Part shown: positions 28,625-36,902 of the stretch, piece after piece
Layout of the letters: each line of letters opens with the position of its first letter
Numbering within the stretch: the first letter of the stretch is position 1
Origin: Sulfurovum sp.
GTDB lineage: Bacteria; Campylobacterota; Campylobacteria; Campylobacterales; Sulfurovaceae
Reading direction: 5' to 3'
DNA length: 64,000 bases
NCBI GenBank assembly: GCA_002733215.1
Contig: NVUY01000015.1
Location: 324 to 64,323, forward strand
Notes under the pieces: model-generated
What the model saw: only the letters and a program-made list of their open reading frames with translations
Databases searched by the model: none
What the model was told of the DNA's origin: nothing
Program-made: the position numbers and the translations under genes

Positions 28625-29512
28625 ATGAAACTAATTGATGAAATCATTGAAATATTAAGTAGTGAAAATTGTAATTTAGAAAATGCACTTATTAAAACTA
28701 AAATTCTTCTTCATAAGATGGGTGAAAAATCATTACTTACATGGGTCAATCAAGAGCTTAATGGATACGACGACACTGAATCCGTTCCTGATTATAGAAA
28801 AATTCAAAATATTGTTGTCGGTTCTTTTCAAAACTATACAACAAGATATACAAACCACCCTATCCCTATAATGCATTTAAAAGATAAAGAATTAGATTTT
28901 TTTACAATTATGAAATTCTCTGATAGTATTTCTACGATTGAGCATCTTTCTAAAAGTGACGATACACTATATTTTTCTCTTGAACTTGAATTTGCTCCAT
29001 TGTTAACAAAAACTTTAGTTTCTTCTCTTAATGTAACAAGTCTTAAAAGACAAGTTGCAAAATCTCAAATTTTAGGAATTTTAACACAAATAAGAAGTCG
29101 ATTATTAGATTTTATTTTAGATATTTCAGAAAAAATTCCAGAAGATATAAGCGACAAAGATATTAAATCTAAATCAAAAGAAATTGATACAAAAGAGATT
29201 TTTAATAATGCAATTTTTGATGGAAATATTACTATCAATATTGGAGATAATAATAAAAATAAAAGTATTCAAATAAAAAATAATTTTGAAAATTTATTAA
29301 AAAAATTAAAAAAATATGACTTAAACTCTGAAGATTTAAATGATTTAAAAGAGTCAATCAAAGAAGACAAGACAATAATTAATCATGAAAAAAAAGAATT
29401 TGGTAAAAATGTAAAAAGTTGGCTACAAAATATATCAACAAAAATTAGAGATAAAGTAGCAATGGAGGAAGTAATAGAAAGACTACATGAATTTTATGGA
29501 TGGATAACATGA
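28625..29512 (+). CDS. AbiTii-domain protein (putative abortive infection)
   Basis: L.K.KILL......L..WVNQELNGY....VPDYR signature; very AT-rich. Confidence 0.8.
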   Translation: MKLIDEIIEILSSENCNLENALIKTKILLHKMGEKSLLTWVNQELNGYDDTESVPDYRKIQNIVVGSFQNYTTRYTNHPIPIMHLKDKELDFFTIMKFSDSISTIEHLSKSDDTLYFSLELEFAPLLTKTLVSSLNVTSLKRQVAKSQILGILTQIRSRLLDFILDISEKIPEDISDKDIKSKSKEIDTKEIFNNAIFDGNITINIGDNNKNKSIQIKNNFENLLKKLKKYDLNSEDLNDLKESIKEDKTIINHEKKEFGKNVKSWLQNISTKIRDKVAMEEVIERLHEFYGWIT

Positions 29513-29532
29513 CCATGATAACAAAATTTTTT

Positions 29533-29563
29533 CTCGTTCCCACGTTGTACGTGGGAATGCATA
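29533..29563. repeat. CTCGTT-type REP-like palindrome
   Basis: CTCGTTCCCACGTTGTACGTGGGAATGCATA; near-copy at 59386-59416. Confidence 0.85.
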
Positions 29564-29634
29564 CCTCAAGTTAAACAACAAACAAAATTCACATTCACAT
29601 TTAACTCTCGTATAAATTCCCAGAACAACAGTTA

Positions 29635-29673
29635 TATCTAAGATGCGATAAGCTCTAATTAGATAAAATACAA
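29635..29673 (+). repeat. 39-bp exact direct repeat, copy 1
   Basis: TATCTAAGATGCGATAAGCTCTAATTAGATAAAATACAA, also at 31285-31323. Confidence 0.9.
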
Positions 29674-29694
29674 GCTAATAATCAAAAGGGTTCG

Positions 29695-29963
29695 CTCGTT
29701 CCCATCCGTCCTCGGTGGGAATGCATACGAGAGACAGATAGATAAGCTAACCCTTTACTCAAATCGTTTTAACTCTACACCAAACCTATAAAACAAATAG
29801 GACTTATCAACTTAAACTAAGACATACCGATACTATAATGATAGAGATGGTAGGTACTCTCTAGTGTTGAAGCTATGAGGGTATGGAGGGGTTTATTGAA
29901 ATAGAGAGGTTTGGGTGATTATATCTTTCATATGCATTCCCACCGAGGACGGATGGGAACGAG
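29695..29963. repeat. REPIN-like element: 33-bp perfect inverted REP pair with 203-bp spacer
   Basis: 29695-29727 is the exact reverse complement of 29931-29963. Confidence 0.88.
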
Positions 29964-29972
29964 AGGATATTT

Positions 29973-30014
29973 TACTAGTTCAACAGCTCTAGCTGTTGAA
30001 CCTCTATCAGACTA
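29973..30014. repeat. REP-like palindrome matching the RAYT flank
   Basis: GTTCAACAGCTCTAGCTGTTGAACCTCTATCAGACTA; near-identical reverse complement at about 50660-50700. Confidence 0.85.
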
Positions 30015-30181
30015 CAAATAACAAAATCAAACTCATAGTATAAAAATACCGCACTAAATATAATACCTCTACAAAAAAAATGCGTATACTCCTTGGTACA
30101 CCTATACTTCTGCACTTTTACTTCATTCTGACTAAAACTTCATACTACGCTATAATAAAACAATCTAAATTAGGATAAATA

Positions 30182-30400
30182 ATGCAATTAAATATAAATA
30201 TACCCAATGAAAAGATAGCCAACAAAGTGTTGTGGTTACTTGAGCATTTTAAAAGTGATGGTGTAGAAGTAAAGAAATTAAGCAATGTAAATGAAAGAAC
30301 CATATTCGACAATTTCACAAAAAGTGTTAAAGAGCTAAAGTCTATAAAGAAAGGAAATATCACTTCTAGACCTGTTGAAGATTTACTTGATGAGCTATAA
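30182..30400 (+). CDS. putative type II antitoxin
   Basis: 72 aa ending RPVEDLLDEL; overlaps the start of a toxin-like frame. Confidence 0.7.
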   Translation: MQLNINIPNEKIANKVLWLLEHFKSDGVEVKKLSNVNERTIFDNFTKSVKELKSIKKGNITSRPVEDLLDEL

Positions 30401-30431
30401 TATAGAAACAATCCCTTCTTTTGAGAAAGAT
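30390..30431 (+). pseudogene. truncated RelE/ParE-like toxin N-terminus
   Basis: MSYNIETIPSFEKD, overlapping the antitoxin 3' end, then loses similarity. Confidence 0.55.
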
Positions 30432-30441
30432 TATGGTCACA

Positions 30442-30828
30442 CTAATGTTTCGAAGATAATGACATGCCACTAGGCTGAATCAAAACCTCTAAAGGTAAAT
30501 GTAATCCTTGAGATAGATTATAAATCATACTCAAAGAAAGCCCAACTTTACGGTTAAGCACTTCTGAGACCTTACTTTTGTTTCCTATGTAGGGCACAAG
30601 GTCTTTCTGCTTTAGGTGCATTTGCTCCATACGAACCTTGATGGCTTCTATGGGATCTGGCTCGCTTATAGCCCATGCTTTTTCTTCGTATTTTTCTATA
30701 AGAAGAGCCAACACTTCAAGCTCATCACTTTGTACTGTCCCCAGTGCTGGATTTAAGTCCATCAGTACATCTACTCTATCAAGAGCATTGTCATAGTCTT
30801 TTTCATTGTGTATGGGTTTTATATTCAT
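30442..30828 (-). CDS. higA: HigA-family antitoxin (HTH)
   Basis: IKPIHNEKDY...LIEKYE...PDPIEAI...SKVSEVLN. Confidence 0.92.
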   Translation of the reverse strand: MNIKPIHNEKDYDNALDRVDVLMDLNPALGTVQSDELEVLALLIEKYEEKAWAISEPDPIEAIKVRMEQMHLKQKDLVPYIGNKSKVSEVLNRKVGLSLSMIYNLSQGLHLPLEVLIQPSGMSLSSKH

Positions 30829-30845
30829 CTATATCTCCTCTGCGT

Positions 30846-31133
30846 TTATATTATGGGCACCTTATCATATTGGGCATGTGTGCCTATGAACTTGACTCTG
30901 ACTATCTTTCGTAAGTAGTCTATGTGAACTATAAGTCTATAGTCATTGCCTTTGATGTTAAAAACAACTCTATTGTCTTTCAAAAAAGAAGCTGACGCAT
31001 ACACTCTTTTGATGTCATCAGGTGTTTTCCATACTGCTTTTCTTGTGTCCGAATGCCATACTTCTAAAGCTGTTTTAGCTTGTGCATGTTCTTCATAAAA
31101 CTTGACAAGTGTTCTTTTACTGATAACGTTCAT
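30846..31133 (-). CDS. higB: HigB-family toxin
   Basis: RVVFNIKGNDYRLI...FIGTHAQYD. Confidence 0.93.
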   Translation of the reverse strand: MNVISKRTLVKFYEEHAQAKTALEVWHSDTRKAVWKTPDDIKRVYASASFLKDNRVVFNIKGNDYRLIVHIDYLRKIVRVKFIGTHAQYDKVPII

Positions 31134-31152
31134 AGAGAGAGTATAATATTTA

Positions 31153-31167
31153 TTCCCTTAGAGGGAA
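31153..31167. promoter_or_regulatory. putative HigA operator
   Basis: TTCCC-ttaga-GGGAA just upstream of a minus-strand TATACT; ATG follows 6 nt later (leaderless). Confidence 0.6.
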
Positions 31168-31284
31168 CTTTAATTTTTAACCTCATAAATATGACACCTC
31201 TACAAAAAAGATACGTATAAAAAATCAAAGTCTGATAGTAAGTACAGTAGCTAAAGCTAATGTACTAGTAAAACGTAAACGCTT

Positions 31285-31323
31285 TATCTAAGATGCGATA
31301 AGCTCTAATTAGATAAAATACAA
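31285..31323 (+). repeat. 39-bp exact direct repeat, copy 2 (glnS promoter region)
   Basis: Identical to 29635-29673; contains TAAAAT. Confidence 0.9.
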
Positions 31324-31349
31324 CATATATATAAAAAGGTTGAATAATA

Positions 31350-33608
31350 ATGAGTGAACACAAAGATTTTTTACGTACCATCGTCGAAGAGGACTTAAAA
31401 GCAGGAAAATATAATAAGGTAGTCACACGCTTTCCTCCAGAGCCTAATGGGTTCCCACATATTGGACACGCTAAATCTATCGTTATAAATTTTGGTATTG
31501 CACGTGATTATCATGGTCACTGTAACCTTAGAATGGATGATACCAATCCAACTAAAGAAGACACGAAGTATGTTGAAGCTCTTAAAGATGCTGTTGAATG
31601 GCTTGGATTTGACTTTGATAATAATGTACATTTTACTTCTGATTATTTTCCTAAGCTGTATGATTACGCTATTGAACTCATAAAAATGGGTAAGGCATAC
31701 GTTGATAGTCTAGATGAAGAAGAGATACGTGAATATCGTGGGACTGTTACAGAGGCAGGTAAACGTAGCAAATACGCAGAACGTTCTGTGGAAGAGAATT
31801 TAGACCTTTTTGAAAGAATGAAAAATGGCGAGTTTAAAGACGGTGAACATGTCCTTCGCGCTAAGATCGACATGACTGCTGCCAATATGAAAATGAGAGA
31901 TCCACTGTTATATCGTATTAGACATGCACACCATTTTAGAGCAGGAGATGCATGGTCTATTTACCCCATGTATGACTTTGCTCATTGTCTGGCTGATTAT
32001 ATTGAAGGTATTACTCACTCTATTTGTACATTAGAGTTTGAAAACAACCGTGATATTTATAATTGGGTACTTGATACTCTTGGGCTTGGGTCAATATCGC
32101 CAAGACCTTACCAACATGAATTTGCACGACTGGGTATTAACTATACTGTTATGAGTAAAAGAAAGCTTTTAGAGTTGGTTAAAGGTGGACAAGTAAGTGG
32201 ATGGGATGACCCTCGTCTGCCTACCATCGCCGGTTACAAAAGAAGAGGGTATACGCCAGAGTCTATTTTGAACTTCTGTGATGGCATAGGTATAACAAAA
32301 GCAAATTCTATGGTGGATGTTGCGCAACTTGAATTTTCTATAAGAGACGATTTAAATACAAAAGTACCACGTGTACTGTGTGTACTTGACCCACTCAAAG
32401 TAACCATTGAGAACTATGAGGGTTCAGAAGAGATCGAAGCGACATACTACCCACATGATGTGCCCAAAGAGGGCTCAAGAAAGCTACCTTTTTCTCGTGA
32501 GATCTATATTGAACGTGATGACTTTATGGAGAACCCTCCAAAGGGGTACTACCGCCTTACACCAGAACAACCAGTGAGACTTAAGCATGCTTATATCATA
32601 TCTTGTAAAGAAGTGGTTAAAGATGTTAATGGCAATATCACAGAAATAAAAGCAGAGTATCATCCTGACTCCAGAAGTGGCTCAGATACTAGCGGTATCA
32701 AAGTGAAAAGTGCCATCCAGTGGGTAAGTGCTTCAGAGGCTAAAGAAGTTGAGATAAGGCTTTATGATAGACTCTTCAAAGATGAAGCTCCGGAAGGCTT
32801 AGAAGATATAAACCCTGATTCTTTAAAAGTGATTAAGAATGCTCTTATTGAACCTGCTGTGATCACTGAAAAACCTGATGAGAGATTCCAATTTGAAAGA
32901 CAGGGGTATTTTTATGCTGATCCTGTGGACTATACAGATGAAAAGCCTGTGTTCAATAAAATTGTTGGGCTTAAAGATTCTTGGAGTAAGAAGAAAAAAA
33001 CAACAACGGAATCTGCCCCTAAACCTCAAGCTAAAAAAGTACAAATTGATGGTGAAGTTGCACCTATGACTGAAGTGCAGGAAAAACTCTTCAATAAGTA
33101 CAGAGCTGACCTTGGTCTAAACAGTGAAGTTGCCAATACTTTAGCTCGTGATGAGAAACTATCTTATTTTTATGCAGAGGCACTTACTGTGCTCAATAGT
33201 CCCGTAGGTCTAGCAAATATTGTTGCCAATGATGTAGCTAGAGAGCTAAAAGCGAAAGAAGCATCTGAGCTTAAATTTTCTGCAAAGCAAATCGCTGATC
33301 TTGTTAAGATGGTTGATGATGAGACCATTTCAAGTAAAATTGCTAAACAAGTATTTGAAGAGATGGCGAAATCTGGAGAAAGCCCAACACAGATAGTTGA
33401 GAGTAAGGGTCTTGTACAGATAAGTGATCCCTCTAAAATTTTACCTATTATTGATGAAATAATGGAAAAAAATCCAGACAATGTCGCTAAGTTTAAAGCA
33501 GGTAATACCAAACTATTGGGTTTCTTTGTCGGGCAAGTGTTGAAGAGTACTGGAGGAAAAGCAAACCCTAAAGTGGTCAATGAGCTTGTGAGCGAAAAGT
33601 TAAAATAA
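31350..33608 (+). CDS. glnS: glutamine--tRNA ligase with C-terminal YqeY/GatB domain
   Basis: TRFPPEPNG, HIGH, MSKRK and FQFERQGYF; C-terminal GFFVGQVLK..GKANP. Confidence 0.97.
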   Translation: MSEHKDFLRTIVEEDLKAGKYNKVVTRFPPEPNGFPHIGHAKSIVINFGIARDYHGHCNLRMDDTNPTKEDTKYVEALKDAVEWLGFDFDNNVHFTSDYFPKLYDYAIELIKMGKAYVDSLDEEEIREYRGTVTEAGKRSKYAERSVEENLDLFERMKNGEFKDGEHVLRAKIDMTAANMKMRDPLLYRIRHAHHFRAGDAWSIYPMYDFAHCLADYIEGITHSICTLEFENNRDIYNWVLDTLGLGSISPRPYQHEFARLGINYTVMSKRKLLELVKGGQVSGWDDPRLPTIAGYKRRGYTPESILNFCDGIGITKANSMVDVAQLEFSIRDDLNTKVPRVLCVLDPLKVTIENYEGSEEIEATYYPHDVPKEGSRKLPFSREIYIERDDFMENPPKGYYRLTPEQPVRLKHAYIISCKEVVKDVNGNITEIKAEYHPDSRSGSDTSGIKVKSAIQWVSASEAKEVEIRLYDRLFKDEAPEGLEDINPDSLKVIKNALIEPAVITEKPDERFQFERQGYFYADPVDYTDEKPVFNKIVGLKDSWSKKKKTTTESAPKPQAKKVQIDGEVAPMTEVQEKLFNKYRADLGLNSEVANTLARDEKLSYFYAEALTVLNSPVGLANIVANDVARELKAKEASELKFSAKQIADLVKMVDDETISSKIAKQVFEEMAKSGESPTQIVESKGLVQISDPSKILPIIDEIMEKNPDNVAKFKAGNTKLLGFFVGQVLKSTGGKANPKVVNELVSEKLK

Positions 33609-33644
33609 TAAACTAAGCAAAACTAACTCGAAATTGAAGATATT

Positions 33645-34382
33645 CTACTCTAAATAATAATTTAAGGTATAAACCATGTCTTCATCAAGATCAAGATTTT
33701 TCTGCATCCAGTTGATGTAGCCTTTGTCTGCTTTACAGATCTCTTCAATCTCTCTGTCTTTGTATTTACCAAATTTAAATGTTTTCATGAGTACAGGTGT
33801 TTGTGTGAGTTCTGCCAGCTTTTGCATAGGATTGACACCGGCATAGTTCTCCTGGGTAAGTTTTACCAGTTGTGAGAGCAGCAGTTTCATGACCAGTACA
33901 TCCCCTATGGCATCATGCGCTTTGATGGTGATATTTTGTTTATTAGCTTCCTGTCCTTCTGTTTTGTAGAGTTCGAGGGAGTAGCGTAAGTACTGCAGTC
34001 TGTGGTAAGGGCTCTCCGGGAGTAGATGTTTGGCACAACGTAGTGTGTCTATGAGTGTATAATGGTTTTTAAAACCTTCTTTTTTCAACATCCCCAGATC
34101 AAAAGAGATATTATGTGCGATGAGATAGTTCTCTTTTTGATTTAATTCAGCTACTTTTTTTGCAAAACCTGTTTCGGAGAAAGGAGGCTGGTTTTCGATG
34201 ACATCGGGTGTAATATTATGTACTTCCATCGCTTCGATGCCTATGTTTACATCCGCAGAGCAAAGTTCATCAAAGACTTCGATGTTGTCTTTACTGTGTA
34301 CGATCATAGCTCCTACCTGTATGATGCGGTCTTGTTCCTGGTTTCCTGTGGTTTCTGTATCGAAAAGTACGTATGTAGCCAT
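33645..34382 (-). CDS. DEDDh 3'-5' exonuclease (ExoX-like C-terminus)
   Basis: FDTETTG, AHNISFD, AHDAIGD and FGKYK. Confidence 0.9.
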   Translation of the reverse strand: MATYVLFDTETTGNQEQDRIIQVGAMIVHSKDNIEVFDELCSADVNIGIEAMEVHNITPDVIENQPPFSETGFAKKVAELNQKENYLIAHNISFDLGMLKKEGFKNHYTLIDTLRCAKHLLPESPYHRLQYLRYSLELYKTEGQEANKQNITIKAHDAIGDVLVMKLLLSQLVKLTQENYAGVNPMQKLAELTQTPVLMKTFKFGKYKDREIEEICKADKGYINWMQKNLDLDEDMVYTLNYYLE

Positions 34383-34492
34383 GCTTCTTCCTTGATGTAT
34401 AGTAAATAGATAGTATCGTATTTTCTCTGACATTCCCAACTCTCAATGACAAATGATATAATGCCAATAATATTAACGTTACAGGAATCCTC

Positions 34493-35308
34493 ATGTCTAA
34501 ACATTTTACGTCTATACTCTCTGGTGGCTTTGGAAAATTCGCTTCTAAATCCTTCCCCTCATCGGTGCAAAACTTTATCAATGGCTCTTATGTCAAACTC
34601 ATGGGCTTAGATATGTCTGAATTCAAGGAGCCTTCTGCTTACCCCACACTGAACAAACTTTTTACAAGAGCATTCGAAGTGCCCAGAGCATTACCCGAAG
34701 ACCAAAGTGCCTTGATCTCCGGAGTAGATGCCCTTATTACGGATGCCGGAACGATCAAAGATGGAAAAGCATATCAGATCAAAGGGATGAGTTATCAGAT
34801 AGATGAGCTTTTTGGTAAGTATCACCAAGATGCAGCAGCGAAGGTAGAAGGCGGGGAATTTATAAACTTTTATCTCTCGCCTAAAGATTATCACCGATAT
34901 CACATGCCGATGCGTCTTAAAGTAAACGCTTTGACGCACATTCCGGGAAAACATTATCCTGTAAACTTTCCACTGCTGCGTAATAAACAGGATCTTTTCA
35001 TAGAAAATGAAAGAGTGGTCATAGAGTGTGAAGATGAAAAGGGTAGAACACAAGTACTGGTACTTGTCGCTGCACTTAATGTAGGTCAAATGGTGGTAAC
35101 TTTTGAAGAAAAAGTAAGAACAAATTCAGAGATAAGAGAACCGGTGCATTATGACTATGAGGATCTGTGGGCGGAACGAGGAGAGTTCTTTGGCTGGTTT
35201 GAGATGGGATCAACCATTTTGACCTTTTCAGAAAAAGGAAGCATCTTCCCGGAAGTAGCCATCAACCAAAAAGTAAGTTTTGCCGATGTTTTAGGTAAAG
35301 TACTATAA
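34493..35308 (+). CDS. psd: phosphatidylserine decarboxylase
   Basis: YLSPKDYHRYH, NERV and FEMGST. Confidence 0.95.
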   Translation: MSKHFTSILSGGFGKFASKSFPSSVQNFINGSYVKLMGLDMSEFKEPSAYPTLNKLFTRAFEVPRALPEDQSALISGVDALITDAGTIKDGKAYQIKGMSYQIDELFGKYHQDAAAKVEGGEFINFYLSPKDYHRYHMPMRLKVNALTHIPGKHYPVNFPLLRNKQDLFIENERVVIECEDEKGRTQVLVLVAALNVGQMVVTFEEKVRTNSEIREPVHYDYEDLWAERGEFFGWFEMGSTILTFSEKGSIFPEVAINQKVSFADVLGKVL

Positions 35309-35334
35309 TATAATAGATAATTTAGGGAGAGACT

Positions 35335-36258
35335 ATGCAAATTAAAGAGATCAAAGAGTATGCAGAGGTACGTGCAAAGGCCAGGGCATACTTATGTTAC
35401 ATCATAGGGCGAAATATATCAGATAATATCCAAAATGGAGATGTTGCTACAGTACTCGCAAAGCTTGAAGGTTTAAATGACAGCATAGAAAAAGCTGAAG
35501 CTATTTATGCTCTTGATGGAAAAGGGATTCAGATCATAGCGAATATCTCTAAAGATAAAAAGCTAAAGGGTATGGGTAAGGGCTCCAATAGATCTGACAG
35601 AGCTTATTTTTATAAAACCATTAAAGAACATAGGTGTGTTCTCACTGAACCTTACCCCTCAGATATCAGTAATACTATGGTGGTGACTGCATCTTTTCCC
35701 ATCTATAATGAAAGTGATAATCTTCTTTGTCTTATATGTGTTGACATATCGTTGGCAAATATTTTGCGTATGGTGCATCCTAGTTCAGTAGATTCCTTCT
35801 TTGGTAAACTCTCTAAATTGGCATATACTTCATTTTCTGTCGCTCTTGCTGCTGTATCTCTTTTACTTTTTGTAAAAGGAGTAGATGCATTCTTGCATTT
35901 TGGTATGGACTTGGGTGCTATAAATACAAATGAAATATTTAAAGCAACCATTCTTCTCACACTTTCAATTGCCATATTTGACCTCGTTAAAGCCATATTT
36001 GAGGAAGAGGTCTTGGGTAAAGAGAAAAAAGAGGGAGCAGGAGAGGGACATCAAACCATGATACGCTTTTTGGGTTCTATCATCATTGCACTCTCTATTG
36101 AGGCATTAATGCTAGTCTTTAAGTTTGCTCTTACAGACCCCGGTCAGCTTATCTATGCCGTGTATCTCATAGCTAGTATTGCTTTATTGATTGTAGGTCT
36201 GTCTATTTATGTTAAGTTTAATCAGAAGCCCTCAAGAAGAACAAGCGAGATTGAATAG
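35335..36258 (+). CDS. PDC/Cache sensor domain membrane protein
   Basis: RSDRAYF...LTEPY...TASFPI...CVDI followed by four TM helices. Confidence 0.8.
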   Translation: MQIKEIKEYAEVRAKARAYLCYIIGRNISDNIQNGDVATVLAKLEGLNDSIEKAEAIYALDGKGIQIIANISKDKKLKGMGKGSNRSDRAYFYKTIKEHRCVLTEPYPSDISNTMVVTASFPIYNESDNLLCLICVDISLANILRMVHPSSVDSFFGKLSKLAYTSFSVALAAVSLLLFVKGVDAFLHFGMDLGAINTNEIFKATILLTLSIAIFDLVKAIFEEEVLGKEKKEGAGEGHQTMIRFLGSIIIALSIEALMLVFKFALTDPGQLIYAVYLIASIALLIVGLSIYVKFNQKPSRRTSEIE

Positions 36259-36902
36259 TGCAGTTAAGTTCCAATAGTGAAAAAAAACTTATCATCTTCG
36301 ATATGGATGGTACCTTGGTCAACTCTTCGTTGACCATAGCCAATGCCATCAATTATGTACGCAAAAACCTTGGTTTTGACGCTATGGAACAAGAGTATAT
36401 TTTGAGACTGGTAAACGACCATACTATCAACCCGGCACAAAAGTTTTACCATGCACAAGCCTTTGATGCAGACCATGAAAGATGGTTTTCAGAGTATTAC
36501 AGCAAGAATCATGAAAGTGAACTTGTATTGTATGAAGGCATTAAAGAGTTGTTGCACTCTCTTAAAGACAAAGGGCACACACTGGGTGTTGCCACAAATG
36601 CTTACAGAATATCTACCATTGAGTCTCTCACTCATTTGGATATACATGATGTATTTGACGGCATAGCCTGTTATGACGATGTAGCCCAGGGCAAGCCTCA
36701 CCCTGATATGTTACATAAGTTACTAGATGAGTTGGAACACAGCAGCCACGAATCACTTTTTATCGGTGACGGTCCGCGTGACGAGATAGCAAGTCAAAGA
36801 GCCGAGATCGACTATATCATGGTGGACTGGGGTTTTACGGAACATGAAGACGCTGTACGGACGGTATCTGATCTGCATAAGATACTCATAGAGAAATATT
36901 AA
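36258..36902 (+). CDS. HAD-family hydrolase (phosphoglycolate phosphatase-like)
   Basis: FDMDGTL, KPHP and IGD. Confidence 0.9.
   Translation: MQLSSNSEKKLIIFDMDGTLVNSSLTIANAINYVRKNLGFDAMEQEYILRLVNDHTINPAQKFYHAQAFDADHERWFSEYYSKNHESELVLYEGIKELLHSLKDKGHTLGVATNAYRISTIESLTHLDIHDVFDGIACYDDVAQGKPHPDMLHKLLDELEHSSHESLFIGDGPRDEIASQRAEIDYIMVDWGFTEHEDAVRTVSDLHKILIEKY

Noticed and set aside
29533-30014. CRISPR-like repeats
   Set aside because: Copies are inverted, irregularly spaced and of different sequence; this fits REP/REPIN.
26500-31340. Prophage, ICE or complete integron
   Set aside because: No integrase, structural or conjugation genes and no complete attC site seen.
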